From Buchnera aphidicola str. APS (Acyrthosiphon pisum) (GTDB lineage: Bacteria; Pseudomonadota; Gammaproteobacteria; Enterobacterales; Enterobacteriaceae), in assembly GCF_000009605.1 (NCBI RefSeq), contig NC_002528.1:150001-182000 (forward strand): a DNA stretch of 32,000 nt, read 5' to 3'. This document shows, piece by piece, positions 1 to 10,959 of this stretch. Below the pieces are notes generated by a model, which made no database searches, was not told where the DNA came from, and worked only from the letters and a program-made list of their open reading frames with translations. Each line of letters opens with the position of its first letter. Within the stretch, counting starts at the first letter, position 1. A program made the position numbers and the translations under genes.

Positions 1-2939
1 GCTACAGAAGTACCTTTAGTGGCGTCTATTTTAAAACCGAGTTTTTTTAATTTTACTGCTAAGTTAATAATGTTATTTTTATCATTATTTCTTACAGACA
101 GAAGAACACGACCTGATTTTTTCATATTAGTATGTGCTCCTAACATAGATTTAGAAAATGCTTCTGAAAAGTTTTTTCCAATTCCCATGACTTCTCCAGT
201 AGAACGCATTTCTGGACCTAGTATAGGATCAACACCTTGAAATTTATCAAATGGAAGAACTGCTTCTTTTACTGAAAAATAAGGAGGAATTATTTCTTTA
301 ATAAAACCTTGTTCTAATAGTGTTTTACCACACATTACACGTACAGAAATTTTTGCTAATGCAAGACCTATTGCTTTTGAGACAAACGGCACTGTACGTG
401 CAGCTCTTGGATTTACTTCAATGATATAGATTTTATTATTTTTAATAGCGAATTGTATATTCATTAGTCCTTTTACAGATAATTCAAAAGCTAGCTTTTT
501 TACTTGTCTTCTAATTTCATTTTGCACTTTACTAGTAAGAGTATATGCAGGTAATGAGCATGCAGAATCGCCAGAATGAACTCCAGCCTGTTCAATGTGC
601 TCCATTATACCACCAATTAAAACAGTTTCTCCATCACAGATGGCATCAACATCAACTTCTGTTGCATAGTCTAGATATTGATCTAATAAAATAGGTGTTG
701 TATTGTTCTTTTTTAGTGTTGTTTTAAAGTAATTTTCTAAACCATACGGTTCATAAACAATTTCCATTGCTCTTCCACCTAAAACATAAGATGGTCGTAC
801 CATTATTGGATAGCCAATTATATCAGCTTTTTTATAAGCTTCATCTAAAGTCAAGACAGTTGCGTTTAAAGGTTGTTGTAATCTTAATTTATTAACAGTT
901 TTTTGGAAACGATAACGATTTTCTGCTGTGTCAATCGAATCTGGACTGGTTCCTATTATAGGAACACCTTCTTTTTCAAATTCATGCGCTAATTTTAATG
1001 GGGTTTGACCTCCATATTGAATGATAACTCCTTTTGGTTTTTCTATTCTGACTATTTCTAAAACGTTTTCTAATGTAATTGGTTCAAAGTATAATCTATC
1101 TGAAATATCATAATCGGTAGATACTGTTTCTGGATTACAGTTAACCATAATTGCTTCAAAACCATCTTCTCGTAAAGCTTGAGCCGCGTGTACACAGCAA
1201 TAGTCAAACTCTATACCTTGTCCTATTCTATTAGGACCACCACCTAATATGATTATTTTTTTATTATTTTTACTTGGATGAGACTCACATTCATCTTCCC
1301 ATGTTGAATACATATATGCTGTTTCGGTAGAAAATTCAGCTGAACATGTATCAATTCTTTTATAAACAGGATGCAAATTAAGTTTATAACGTAGTTGTCT
1401 TATTTCACTTTCATTTTTATTAGTAAGTATTGCAATACGTTGGTCAGAAAAACCTTTTCTTTTTAGAAAATAAAAAAAGTCGTATTTTAAGCCAATAAAT
1501 CCATTTTTTATAATTTTTTTCTCTAAGAGAATAATTTCTTTGATTTGAACAAGAAACCATGGATCAATCGATGTTAAATCAAATACATCGTTTATAGACA
1601 TACCATATCGAAATGCATCACCTATATACCAAATACGTTCAGAACCTGCATCTTTTAATTCGCGTCTAATTTTAATTAAATATTCTGAATCGCGAGAAGA
1701 TATTTTAGAGTCAAAACCACTAGCGCCGACTTCTAAACCACGAATAGCTTTTTGTATAGATTCTTGGAAAGTACGACCTATCGCCATAACTTCTCCGACA
1801 GATTTCATTTGTGTAGTTAATCTATCATCGCATCCAGGAAATTTTTCAAAATTAAATCTAGGAATCTTTGTTACTATGTAATCTATTGATGGTTCAAATG
1901 ATGCAGTAGTATTTGTTCCGGTGATATCATTTGCAAGTTCATCTAATGTATACCCGATAGCTAATTTAGCTGCAATTTTTGCAATCGGGAATCCTGTTGC
2001 TTTAGACGCTAGAGCGGAAGAACGAGAAACTCTAGGATTCATTTCAATAACAATCATTCGACCATTTTTGGGATTGATTGCAAATTGCACGTTAGAACCG
2101 CCTGTTTCTACACCTATTTCACGTAAAATTGACATAGATGCATTTCTCATGACTTGATATTCTTTGTCAGTAAGAGTTTGCGCAGGTGCTACAGTAATCG
2201 AGTCGCCTGTGTGAATACCCATAGGGTCTAAATTTTCAATTGAACATACGATAATGCAATTGTCATTTTTATCTCGAACAACTTCCATTTCATATTCTTT
2301 CCAACCAATTAGCGATTCATCAATTAGAAGTTCTGTACTTGGAGATAATTCAAGTCCTCTTTCACATATTTTTTCAAATTCTTCATGATTATAAGCAATT
2401 CCCCCTCCATGTCCACCCATGGTAAAAGACGGACGAATAATACATGGAAAACCTACGTTATTTAAAACCAAAAATGCTTCTTGAATGTTATGTGCGATAC
2501 CACATTTCGCAGTTTCTAAATTTAACTTCTTCATTGAATGTTCAAATAATTTTCTATTTTCAGCTTTTTTTATTGCGTCTACTGTTGCACCTATGATTTG
2601 AACACCATATTTTTTTAAAATACCTTTATGATCTAATTCTAAAGCACAGTTTAAAGCTGTTTGACCTCCCATAGTCGGAAGTAGTGCGTCTGGTTTTTCT
2701 TTTTGGATAATTTTTTCTACTATTTCCCAATGGATCGGCTCGACATATGTAGCATCAGCCATATCAGGATCTGTCATAATAGTAGCGGGATTGGAATTTA
2801 GAAGAATAATTCTATAACCTTCTTCTTTTAAAGCTTTACAAGCTTGTGTACCTGAATAGTCAAATTCACAGGCTTGTCCAATTACTATTGGACCTGCCCC
2901 AAGAATTAAAATTGATTTTATATCAGTAGATTTAGGCAT
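1..2939 (-). CDS. carB: carbamoyl-phosphate synthase large subunit; C-terminus lies beyond the left window edge (about 979 codons present)
   Basis: My own minus-strand translation from ATG at 2939 gives [60 protein letters not shown], which follows E. coli CarB almost residue for residue. At the left edge the same frame reads [20 protein letters not shown] (E. coli [20 protein letters not shown]). It is absent from the ORF track only because no stop falls inside the window. No truncated minus-strand fragment is listed, which implies the frame stays open throughout. Confidence 0.96.
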   Translation of the reverse strand, partial: MPKSTDIKSILILGAGPIVIGQACEFDYSGTQACKALKEEGYRIILLNSNPATIMTDPDMADATYVEPIHWEIVEKIIQKEKPDALLPTMGGQTALNCALELDHKGILKKYGVQIIGATVDAIKKAENRKLFEHSMKKLNLETAKCGIAHNIQEAFLVLNNVGFPCIIRPSFTMGGHGGGIAYNHEEFEKICERGLELSPSTELLIDESLIGWKEYEMEVVRDKNDNCIIVCSIENLDPMGIHTGDSITVAPAQTLTDKEYQVMRNASMSILREIGVETGGSNVQFAINPKNGRMIVIEMNPRVSRSSALASKATGFPIAKIAAKLAIGYTLDELANDITGTNTTASFEPSIDYIVTKIPRFNFEKFPGCDDRLTTQMKSVGEVMAIGRTFQESIQKAIRGLEVGASGFDSKISSRDSEYLIKIRRELKDAGSERIWYIGDAFRYGMSINDVFDLTSIDPWFLVQIKEIILLEKKIIKNGFIGLKYDFFYFLKRKGFSDQRIAILTNKNESEIRQLRYKLNLHPVYKRIDTCSAEFSTETAYMYSTWEDECESHPSKNNKKIIILGGGPNRIGQGIEFDYCCVHAAQALREDGFEAIMVNCNPETVSTDYDISDRLYFEPITLENVLEIVRIEKPKGVIIQYGGQTPLKLAHEFEKEGVPIIGTSPDSIDTAENRYRFQKTVNKLRLQQPLNATVLTLDEAYKKADIIGYPIMVRPSYVLGGRAMEIVYEPYGLENYFKTTLKKNNTTPILLDQYLDYATEVDVDAICDGETVLIGGIMEHIEQAGVHSGDSACSLPAYTLTSKVQNEIRRQVKKLAFELSVKGLMNIQFAIKNNKIYIIEVNPRAARTVPFVSKAIGLALAKISVRVMCGKTLLEQGFIKEIIPPYFSVKEAVLPFDKFQGVDPILGPEMRSTGEVMGIGKNFSEAFSKSMLGAHTNMKKSGRVLLSVRNNDKNNIINLAVKLKKLGFKIDATKGTSV

Positions 2940-2952
2940 TTTTTTTCCCTAA

Positions 2953-4104
2953 TTAATTACTGAGTGTAGTTTTTTGAGAAACGATTAATTTAATGAAATA
3001 ATCAAACAAATATGAAGCATCATGTGGTCCGGGACTTGCTTCTGGATGACCTTGAAAACTAAAAGCTGATTTATTAGTTAAGGATAGTCCTTGTAATGTT
3101 CCATCGAAAAGCGAACTATGTGTAATTTCTATATTATTGGGTAAGTTTTCAGTATCTACAGTAAAACTGTGATTTTGAGATGTTATAATTACTCGGTTGT
3201 TTTTAATATCCTTAACAGGATGGTTGCCTCCATGATGCCCAAATTTCATTTTAACAATTTTAGCTCCACTAGCTAAGGCAAGTAGCTGATGTCCTAAACA
3301 TATCCCAAAAATAGGAATATTAGTTTTTAAGAAATATTGAATTGCATGAATAGCGTAATCGCAAGGTCTCGGGTCACCTGGTCCATTAGATAAAAAAATA
3401 CCGTCTGGAGATAAATTTAATACAGTTTTAGGATCAGTTATAGCTGGGACGACCGTTAAATAACAGCCTCTATCTACAAGCATACGAAGTATATTTCTTT
3501 TTACTCCAAAATCATAAACAACGACATGAAATAAAAATTTTTGTTTGTTTATAGAAAAAAAATTATTTTTTTTAAAAGTAAAACTACCTTGATCCCAATT
3601 ATAAATAGATTTAGTGGATACTTTTTTTGCTAAATCTAAATCTTGTAAACTAATAAAATTTTTAGCTTTGTTATATGCTATAGAATAATTTTGTTTTTTA
3701 TCTTCTATAATACATCCATTTTGTGAACCTTTGGTACGCAAAATACGTGTTAATTTTCTTGTATCAATATCCGATATTGCAATAATATTGTTTTCTTTTA
3801 AATAGGAAGAAAAACTTTTTTTATTTCGGTAATTACTTGCAGTGAGTGATAAATCACGGATAATAAGACCTTTAATGTAAATTTTGGATGATTCTTCATC
3901 ATTAGAATTAGTACCAACATTACCAATATGAGGATGAGTTAATGTCACAATTTGATGTGAATAAGAAGGATCAGTTATTATTTCTTGATAACCAGTGATT
4001 GATGTATTAAAAACAACTTCGCCTACAGTTATTCCTTTAGCTCCAATAGCTCGTCCATGAAATTTAGTCCCATCTTCTAAAACCAGTACTGCTAATTGGC
4101 TCAA
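2953..4104 (-). CDS. carA: carbamoyl-phosphate synthase small (glutamine amidotransferase) subunit
   Basis: The track ORF 2953..4125 aligns end to end with E. coli CarA ([18 protein letters not shown]; [31 protein letters not shown]; [13 protein letters not shown]). I chose the TTG start at 4104. GGAGGG (4114..4109, minus strand) sits 4-5 nt upstream, and the product [13 protein letters not shown] has the same N-terminal length as E. coli MIKSALLVLEDGT. The alternative starts ATG 4116 and GTG 4125 have no SD. Confidence 0.93.
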   Translation of the reverse strand: MSQLAVLVLEDGTKFHGRAIGAKGITVGEVVFNTSITGYQEIITDPSYSHQIVTLTHPHIGNVGTNSNDEESSKIYIKGLIIRDLSLTASNYRNKKSFSSYLKENNIIAISDIDTRKLTRILRTKGSQNGCIIEDKKQNYSIAYNKAKNFISLQDLDLAKKVSTKSIYNWDQGSFTFKKNNFFSINKQKFLFHVVVYDFGVKRNILRMLVDRGCYLTVVPAITDPKTVLNLSPDGIFLSNGPGDPRPCDYAIHAIQYFLKTNIPIFGICLGHQLLALASGAKIVKMKFGHHGGNHPVKDIKNNRVIITSQNHSFTVDTENLPNNIEITHSSLFDGTLQGLSLTNKSAFSFQGHPEASPGPHDASYLFDYFIKLIVSQKTTLSN

Positions 4105-4325
4105 AACACCCTCCATTAAAAACACTTTTTTTATATGTGAGTTTTTGTTACTATTGTATTAATTACATTTTATCTTAACTAAAATTAATATTTTTGTCTA
4201 TTATCATGATATACATTTGCAAGTTCTTAAAAATTATATTTTTCTATCTAATATAAAATACATTTTAATTATAACCATGTATGGTAACTAAAAAATATTA
4301 ACTAGATTATTTTTTTTAGTCCTAA

Positions 4326-5135
4326 TTACAATGATAGTACATCTGTCATATCAAATAAACCCGTATTTTTTTTATGAATCCATAGAGCTGATTGTATAGC
4401 ACCTCGAGCAAAAGACATTCTATTAGACGCAGTATGAGTAATTTTTATTTCTTCATCATAACTAGAAAACATCACAGTATGTTTCCCAACAATATTACCG
4501 GCGCGTACAATAGAAAATCCAATTTTTTTTGCATCTCTAATTCCAGTTATTCCTTTTTGATAATATATAGAATCTTGATTTAAATTCCAATTCATTACTT
4601 TTGATATTACTTCTCCAATCTCCAAAGCTGTACCTGAAGGAGCATCTATTTTATTACGATGATGATATTCAAGAATGTTAATATCCGAATCTTTTCCTAT
4701 AATTTGAGTGGTTTTTTTGATTAATTGAAACAGCAAATTAATACCAATACTAAAATTTGATGCTATAATTATAGCAATTTTTTGAGAATATGATTTGATA
4801 ATATCAATTTCTTCTTTTGAAAATCCTGTAGTACCAATAACAATATTTTTTTTGAATTTATTACAATATTTCAAGTATTCTAGTGTGCCTGCAGGCCTAG
4901 TAAAATCAATTAAAACATCAAAGTCATTTTTTTTTATATTTAACTCATCGCTAATAAGAACACCTATTTCTCCTATTCCAATAATTCGGCCGATATCTTG
5001 ACCAATTAATTGATGTTTTTTTTGGACCACTGCAACTGTTAAATGTGAGTGTTTATTGTTTTGTATTTCTTTAATAAGCATACGACCCATACGACCAATG
5101 GGACCAGTAATTGCTATACGGGTTTTTTTGTTCAT
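4326..5135 (-). CDS. dapB: 4-hydroxy-tetrahydrodipicolinate reductase
   Basis: The 269-aa ORF carries the N-terminal dinucleotide-binding motif IAITGPIGRMGRMLI and the signature EYHHRNKIDAPSGTA (E. coli EAHHRHKVDAPSGTA). It sits directly upstream of carAB, as in E. coli. Confidence 0.95.
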   Translation of the reverse strand: MNKKTRIAITGPIGRMGRMLIKEIQNNKHSHLTVAVVQKKHQLIGQDIGRIIGIGEIGVLISDELNIKKNDFDVLIDFTRPAGTLEYLKYCNKFKKNIVIGTTGFSKEEIDIIKSYSQKIAIIIASNFSIGINLLFQLIKKTTQIIGKDSDINILEYHHRNKIDAPSGTALEIGEVISKVMNWNLNQDSIYYQKGITGIRDAKKIGFSIVRAGNIVGKHTVMFSSYDEEIKITHTASNRMSFARGAIQSALWIHKKNTGLFDMTDVLSL

Positions 5136-5138
5136 GTT

Positions 5139-6098
5139 TTATCCGTTTTCATCTAAAATTGTTTTAATATTTAATAATTTTTTAGGAATTTTAAAAATTT
5201 TTTTTTCTCTAACACCTATCATTTCTATTGGTTTATGAGCACCTATTTTCCTTAAATATTGAATTACTTCTGTAACTAATATCTCTGGTGCTGAAGCACC
5301 AGCCGTAATACCTATATAATTTACATTTTTTAGCCATTTTTTTTTAATATCAAGAAAAGAACTAATAAGTTTAGTAAATGTTCCAGTTTCTTTTCCTAAT
5401 TCTGCAAGACGATTAGAATTAGAAGAATTATTTGATCCTATTACAAATATTATATCAGCAATTTTAGATAATTGACGAACCGCTATTTGACGATTAGTTG
5501 TGGCATAACATATATCTTCTTTATTGGGACCAGAAATTTCTGGAAATTTATTTTTTAAAGCAGCAATAATTTTTTTTGTATTTGTAATAGATAAAGTTGT
5601 TTGTGTAAAAAAATTTAATTTTTTACTATTTTGGACAGATAAATTATGTACATCTTCTATAGACTCAACGAGATATATTTTTCCATTTTTATTATTATAT
5701 TGCCCTATCGTTCCTTCTACTTCAGGATGTCCTCTATGACCAATAAGAATTGTTTCTATTGCTTTTTCACTAGATTTTGAGACTTCTATATGTACTTTTT
5801 CTACTAGTGGACAAGTAGCATCTAATATAATTAATTTTTTTTTCACAGCTTCTTGTACAACTTTTTTTGATACACCATGTGCAGAAAAAATAACTACTGA
5901 ATAGTCTGGAATTTGTTCAATTTTTTCAACAAAAACAACTCCTTTTTGACGCAGTGTGTTAATAACATATTGATTGTGTACTAGTTCATGCCTAATATAA
6001 ATTGTTTTTTTATAAACTTTTAATGCATTTTCAACTATTAAAATTGCTCTTTTAACACCAGCACAAAAACCTCGAGGATTAGTTAATATGATGTTCAT
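5139..6098 (-). CDS. ispH: 4-hydroxy-3-methylbut-2-enyl diphosphate reductase (LytB/IspH)
   Basis: The 319-aa ORF starts [26 protein letters not shown] (E. coli [26 protein letters not shown]). The cluster-ligand contexts ATCPLV and ICYATTNRQ and the motif [10 protein letters not shown] are conserved. GGAG lies 8 nt upstream of the ATG. Confidence 0.95.
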   Translation of the reverse strand: [319 protein letters not shown]

Positions 6099-6162
6099 TA
6101 CATAATCTCCAAACCATTTATATTAATAATAATTGAATATTATATAAAAACCATTTAACTTT

Positions 6163-6645
6163 TTATGTTGAGTAATTTATTCGCATAAGTATAATAATTC
6201 CAATAAATATACTACAATCAGCTATATTAAATGTAGCAAAATGCCAATCATTAATATGTATGTCAATAAAATCTACTACGAATCCGTAAAAAATTCGGTC
6301 TATTAAGTTGCCCGTTGCACCTGCAATAATTAAAGAATAAGCAGTTATTTTTTTTGTTTCTTGTTTTTTTAATTTAGTAATAATTCTTGTCATTACTAGT
6401 ATAGTCAGTATGCTAACAGTTGATAAAAACCATTTTTGCCACCCGTTTTGATCAGATAAAAAACTAAATGCTGCACCGTGATTATGTACATGAAAAAAAT
6501 TTAACACCGAAAAAATTTTTTTTGTGTCATAAGTTTTTATATATTTTATGATCAAGCGTTTACTGGATATATCGAGAATAAGAATAAAAATTATTGTGGT
6601 TATATAAATCCATTTTTTTGATTTTTTAGAATATTTCTGTTTCAT
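6163..6645 (-). CDS. lspA: lipoprotein signal peptidase II
   Basis: The track ORF 6163..6693 contains the LspA motifs NHGAAFSF and FNIADCSIFIG. I place the start at the internal ATG 6645 ([12 protein letters not shown]...), giving 160 aa against about 164 in E. coli. This ATG shares one base with the ileS TAA stop (TAATG), the classic ileS-lspA coupling. The upstream 16 codons lie inside ileS. Confidence 0.9.
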   Translation of the reverse strand: MKQKYSKKSKKWIYITTIIFILILDISSKRLIIKYIKTYDTKKIFSVLNFFHVHNHGAAFSFLSDQNGWQKWFLSTVSILTILVMTRIITKLKKQETKKITAYSLIIAGATGNLIDRIFYGFVVDFIDIHINDWHFATFNIADCSIFIGIIILMRINYST

Positions 6646-9467
6646 TATATGAATATACGTTTTTCGCCATTTCCTATAGTATTTAAAATACAACGATTAC
6701 AAATATCACTATTTTTTATATTTTTTTTAGTAAAATTAAAGTAGTGCCAACATCGCGGACATTTTTTTCCTTTAATTTTTTCTAAAGAAACTTTCAAATA
6801 AGGGACGATTTTGCTTTTTTTTGCATTTTTAGGTGCTGTATCATATAACTTAATTTGTATATCTGATGTTAAAAAGATGAATTTTGTTTCTTGTTCTAAT
6901 ATTTTTAATTTATTTGATAATTCATGTGAAACATATAGAATAATAGAAGTTTCAAGTGAATTATTGATAGTTTTATTTTGTATTGCTTCTTCTAAAAATT
7001 TATTAATTTCATGTTTAATTGTAATTATTTCATTCCAAAATTGATAATTAAATAAGTCATCTTGATCTAAATAAAATAATTTGTCAAACCACTCTTCCAT
7101 AAATACATATTGAGAATTATTTTCTGGTAAATAGCTCCATATTTCATCTGCAGTAAAAGATAGAATTGGAGCTATCCATCGTACAAGAGAATTAATGATA
7201 TAATATATAGCTGTTTGAGAACTACGTCTTTCCTGACTATGTTTTTTTAAAGTATATTGCCTGTCTTTTATGATATCAAGATAAAAAGAACCCATTTCTA
7301 TTGAACAAAAATACATTAAACGTTGTATTACCGCATGAAAGTTATAATTATTATAATGTTGAATAATTTCTTCTTGAACTATTTTAGTTTGTCCTATAGC
7401 CCACTTATCTAAAAGAACCATATTTTCTTTAGATATTATATTTTTTTTAGGATCAAAATCACTGATATTAGCTAACATAAAACGAGCCGTGTTTCTAATT
7501 CTTCTGTATATATCTGACGAACTCTTTAATATTTCATTAGAAATCGAAATATCATTAGAATAATTAGAAGATGCAACCCATAGTCTTAAGATATCAGCTC
7601 CTAATGTATCAACTATTTCATTAGGACTTATAGTATTACCTATAGATTTAGACATTTTTTGTCCTTTTCCATCAACAACAAATCCATGAGTTAATACTTC
7701 AGAATATGGTTTTTTTTCACTGATTAAAGTTGATATTATTAGTGAAGACATGAACCAACCTCGATGTTGATCAGATCCTTCTAAAAACATATCTGCATTT
7801 TTTTTAGTATAATTTTTGTTCTTGTAGTTTATTGTAGTATGTGTATTTCCCGATTCAAACCACACATCTAATATATCTAAAATTTTTTCATATGATTGAT
7901 ATTCTTCACCTAGTATTTCTTTTGAATCTATATTCCACCATACCTGTAGTCCTTCTAATTCTACTTTTTTTGCTATTTTTTTCATAAAAACAAAAGTATT
8001 AGGGTGTATCTTTCTTGTATTCTTATGTATAAAGATAGACATTGGAACTCCCCATTTTCTTTGTCTCGAAATACACCAATCTGGTCTTTTTTTAATCATT
8101 TCTCCTATTCTTGATTCTCCCCATTCAGGTATCCATCGTACTTTTTTTATTTCTTGTAATAATTTAATACGTAATTGTTTCTGATCGATATCTATGAACC
8201 ATTGTGGAGTGGCTCTATATATCACCGGACTCTTATGTCTCCAACAATGTGGGTAACTATGTATGAGAGATTCATGATGAAAGAATGTATTATTTTTAAT
8301 TAATAGTTCTATAATAATTGAATTAGCTTCTAAAACATTAACACCGTCTAATTTGTCATGTGTATTAGAGATGTATTCCCCTTTAAAATTTACTATATTA
8401 CTTGTTTTAATATTATATTTTTGACTAATAATATAATCCTCTAATCCATGATCTGGTGCCGTATGAACAGCTCCTGTTCCTGATTCAAGAGTTACATGTT
8501 TTCCTAAAATTACAGGCAAATCAATATTTTTTAAAAATGGATGCAAACATATCATTTTTTCTAAAAATCTTCCTTTTACATAATTTCTTATTATTGATTT
8601 TTTTATTTTTAGTGTGTTTAACGTCTTTTCAACTAACTCTTTTGCTATGATTAAATAGCATCTTTCAGTTTCTATTAATTGGTACTGAAAATCTGGATGT
8701 ATTGAAATAGCTTTACTAGAAGGGAGAGTCCATGGTGTTGTTGTCCAGATTAGTAGATGAATTTCTTTTTTGTTAGAAATTTGAAAATCAAATAATTTTT
8801 CTATAATTGATTTATATTTAAATTTAAAACCAACTATAATAGAATCTGATTTTTTTTTAGAGTATTCAATTTCAGCTTCAGATAGTGATGATGCACATTT
8901 AAGGCACCAATGTATGGGTTTAAAATCTTGATATAAATGTTTTTTTTGTACAATTTTCGATAAGGTCTTAATTATATTAGCTTCATTTTTAAAGTTCATT
9001 GTTAGATGGGGATTATCCCAATCACCTATTACCCCTAATCTAATAAAATCTTTTTTTTGTTTTTCAACTTGATCTTGCGCATATTTTCTACATTTTTCTT
9101 GAAATTCTGTAGTCGATATTTCCCCTTGATTAGACTTGATTTTTTCCTCAACTTTCTGTTCAATTGGCAAGCCGTGACAATCCCAAGAGGGAATATAAGG
9201 TGCATCAAAACCTGACATATTTTTAGATTTTATAATAATATCCTTTAAAATTTTATTTACTGCATGTCCGATGTGAATGTTCCCATTAGCATATGGTGGC
9301 CCATCATGAAGAAAGAATATTTTTTTTTCTTGGTTTTTTTTTCGAATTAATTTATATAAATTATTTTCGTTCCAACTTTTTAATATATTTGGTTCTTTTT
9401 TTGAAAGATTTCCTCTCATAGAAAATAGTGTTTTAGGTAAATTTAAAGTGTCTTTATAATCATCCAT
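6645..9467 (-). CDS. ileS: isoleucine--tRNA ligase
   Basis: The 940-aa ORF starts [21 protein letters not shown] (E. coli [21 protein letters not shown]). It has the HIGH motif ([11 protein letters not shown]), the KMSKS motif ([10 protein letters not shown]) and the C-terminal zinc cysteines CPRCWHY...CNRC. Confidence 0.97.
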   Translation of the reverse strand: MDDYKDTLNLPKTLFSMRGNLSKKEPNILKSWNENNLYKLIRKKNQEKKIFFLHDGPPYANGNIHIGHAVNKILKDIIIKSKNMSGFDAPYIPSWDCHGLPIEQKVEEKIKSNQGEISTTEFQEKCRKYAQDQVEKQKKDFIRLGVIGDWDNPHLTMNFKNEANIIKTLSKIVQKKHLYQDFKPIHWCLKCASSLSEAEIEYSKKKSDSIIVGFKFKYKSIIEKLFDFQISNKKEIHLLIWTTTPWTLPSSKAISIHPDFQYQLIETERCYLIIAKELVEKTLNTLKIKKSIIRNYVKGRFLEKMICLHPFLKNIDLPVILGKHVTLESGTGAVHTAPDHGLEDYIISQKYNIKTSNIVNFKGEYISNTHDKLDGVNVLEANSIIIELLIKNNTFFHHESLIHSYPHCWRHKSPVIYRATPQWFIDIDQKQLRIKLLQEIKKVRWIPEWGESRIGEMIKKRPDWCISRQRKWGVPMSIFIHKNTRKIHPNTFVFMKKIAKKVELEGLQVWWNIDSKEILGEEYQSYEKILDILDVWFESGNTHTTINYKNKNYTKKNADMFLEGSDQHRGWFMSSLIISTLISEKKPYSEVLTHGFVVDGKGQKMSKSIGNTISPNEIVDTLGADILRLWVASSNYSNDISISNEILKSSSDIYRRIRNTARFMLANISDFDPKKNIISKENMVLLDKWAIGQTKIVQEEIIQHYNNYNFHAVIQRLMYFCSIEMGSFYLDIIKDRQYTLKKHSQERRSSQTAIYYIINSLVRWIAPILSFTADEIWSYLPENNSQYVFMEEWFDKLFYLDQDDLFNYQFWNEIITIKHEINKFLEEAIQNKTINNSLETSIILYVSHELSNKLKILEQETKFIFLTSDIQIKLYDTAPKNAKKSKIVPYLKVSLEKIKGKKCPRCWHYFNFTKKNIKNSDICNRCILNTIGNGEKRIFI

Positions 9468-9483
9468 TCTGTTCTCTTTTTTA

Positions 9484-10425
9484 TTAATTTTTATGAATGT
9501 TAAAATATTTTTGAACTATTAAAATATCTTGTGATATTTGATTTTTTAATTCTTTTTTTGAAGGAAAAAATTGTTCATCCCGTATTTTTTTATATATAAA
9601 AATTTCTATATATTTTCCGTATAAATCAATTTTTATGTCAAACAAATACACTTCAAGTAATTTATTTTTTTGAGTATTGGAAAAACTAGGTTTGATTCCA
9701 ATATTAGAAATTCCTATGGCGTATTTATTCGGGCAATATTTTATTTTAACTGCATATACTCCATTAGTTAATAAAAAATTTTTACTTAAAAGTATATTTG
9801 CTGTAGGATAATTCATGGTTCTTCCTATTTTATTTCCATGGATTACTCTGCCAGATATGCTAAATACACGACCCAGGAGAAGAGAAGCTAATTTTATATT
9901 ATTTTCAGATAATGCTTTTCTAATATTAGTACTACTGATTTTTATATTGTTTTTATATAATGGTCGAATTTTTATGACGTTAAATTGATATTTATATCCT
10001 AGTTTTTTTAATAGATTGATATTGCCGTTTCTTTGAAAGCCAAATCTAAAATCATTTCCTATGACTATAAATTTTAAGTGTAGTTTATTTATTAATATAT
10101 TTATGATAAAATCTTTTGCACTTAGAGATTGAAAAGATTTATTAAATTTAACACACAATATACTATCAAAATTGTAGGAACTAATACGTCTTATTTTCTC
10201 ACGGAACTTTGTAATCCGAACAGGAGCATTATTTTTTCTTAAAAATTCTAACGGTTGGGGTTCAAATAAAACAACTATAGTTGATAATTTATATTTTTGA
10301 CCTATTTGATATATATGTGAAAACAATTTTTGATGACCTAAATGTATCCCATCAAAATTTCCAATAGTAACAACTGAATTAGAATTTATTTCCTTGATAT
10401 TATGAATACCTCGTATAATCTTCAT
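9484..10425 (-). CDS. ribF: bifunctional riboflavin kinase / FMN adenylyltransferase
   Basis: The 313-aa ORF starts [12 protein letters not shown]...[15 protein letters not shown] (E. coli MKLIRGIHNL...LTIGNFDGVHRGHR). It lies immediately upstream of ileS, as in E. coli. Confidence 0.95.
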   Translation of the reverse strand: MKIIRGIHNIKEINSNSVVTIGNFDGIHLGHQKLFSHIYQIGQKYKLSTIVVLFEPQPLEFLRKNNAPVRITKFREKIRRISSYNFDSILCVKFNKSFQSLSAKDFIINILINKLHLKFIVIGNDFRFGFQRNGNINLLKKLGYKYQFNVIKIRPLYKNNIKISSTNIRKALSENNIKLASLLLGRVFSISGRVIHGNKIGRTMNYPTANILLSKNFLLTNGVYAVKIKYCPNKYAIGISNIGIKPSFSNTQKNKLLEVYLFDIKIDLYGKYIEIFIYKKIRDEQFFPSKKELKNQISQDILIVQKYFNIHKN

Positions 10426-10639
10426 TATTAGGTTGACCTTATTAAATGAAGCAAATTACATTGAAAAATTTTTAATAAAAAAATTTTATAGTTTTTTTTA
10501 TATAATATTTCTTAGTATTTTTTTAAAAAAAAATTTTTTTAATGAAATTAAAAATTAAAATAATAATATTTTTTCAGTATATTCATTAATATTGTTTTTT
10601 CAAATAAATGTTTAATTTTTTAAAATTTAGAGGTAAAAA

Positions 10640-10909
10640 TTGGCCAATATAAAAGCATCTAAAAAAGATGCATTAACTTCTGAAAAACGTCGTAAAAAAA
10701 ATTCTAGTCGACGTTCAATGATTCGTACCTTTGTAAAAAAAGTACGAGTAGCAATTATGTCTGGAAACAAAACAACAGCAGAAGATGCATTTAAAAAAAT
10801 GCAACCTATTATTGATAGTCATGTGAATAAAGGTTTGATACATAAAAATAAAGCTGCACGCTATAAATCTAATTTATCATTACAAATTAAAAAAATATCT
10901 AAAATATAA
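10640..10909 (+). CDS. rpsT: 30S ribosomal protein S20
   Basis: The 89-aa product [31 protein letters not shown]...[13 protein letters not shown] matches E. coli S20 ([31 protein letters not shown]...[13 protein letters not shown]). The start codon at 10640-10642 is TTG, preceded by AGAGG (10629-10633). Confidence 0.95.
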   Translation: MANIKASKKDALTSEKRRKKNSSRRSMIRTFVKKVRVAIMSGNKTTAEDAFKKMQPIIDSHVNKGLIHKNKAARYKSNLSLQIKKISKI

Positions 10910-10918
10910 TTTTTTTTA

Positions 10919-10951
10919 GAGTATTGCCTCTAATTTTTAGAAGCAATACTT
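10919..10951. terminator. stem-loop in the 50-bp gap between convergent rpsT and dnaJ; putative shared transcription terminator
   Basis: AGTATTGC(C)TCTAA ttt TTAGA(A)GCAATACT forms 13 base pairs with one C/A mismatch and a 3-nt loop. It falls between the rpsT stop (10907-10909) and the dnaJ stop (10960-10962). A T8 run (10910-10917) flanks it on the left; there is only a weak U-rich tail on the plus-strand 3' side. Confidence 0.5.
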
Positions 10952-10959
10952 ATAGAATC

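Noticed and set aside
19-2157. Track ORFs 19..240 (+) and 1921..2157 (+).
   Set aside because: They are antisense shadow frames lying entirely inside carB, whose minus-strand frame matches CarB continuously. They have no SD and low-complexity products.
4270-4325. Possible hairpins after the dapB stop: ACCA-tgta-TGGT around 4274-4285, and CTAAAAAA...TTTTTTAG on the minus strand.
   Set aside because: They are 4-bp or all-A/T stems with poor loops. They are not convincing as a dapB terminator, and carA may be co-transcribed or driven by an unmapped promoter in this 200-bp gap.
4392-5739. Track ORFs 4392..4583, 4795..5001, 5056..5238 and 5524..5739 (all +).
   Set aside because: They are antisense to dapB and ispH. 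Their F/I/S-rich products are typical of the reverse complement of AT-biased coding sequence, and they resemble no protein family.
6646-6693. A 16-codon N-terminal extension of lspA in the track ORF (start 6693).
   Set aside because: It lies inside the ileS coding region. The ATG at 6645 gives an E. coli-like length and the conserved TAATG stop/start overlap.
6811-8650. Track ORFs 6811..7044 (+) and 8456..8650 (+).
   Set aside because: They are antisense shadow ORFs within ileS.
10518-10540. A symmetric T7-A9-T7 tract in the divergent ribF/rpsT promoter region.
   Set aside because: Homopolymer blocks like this are common in all the spacers here. It might act as bent or UP-element-like DNA, but nothing in the sequence distinguishes it from compositional drift.
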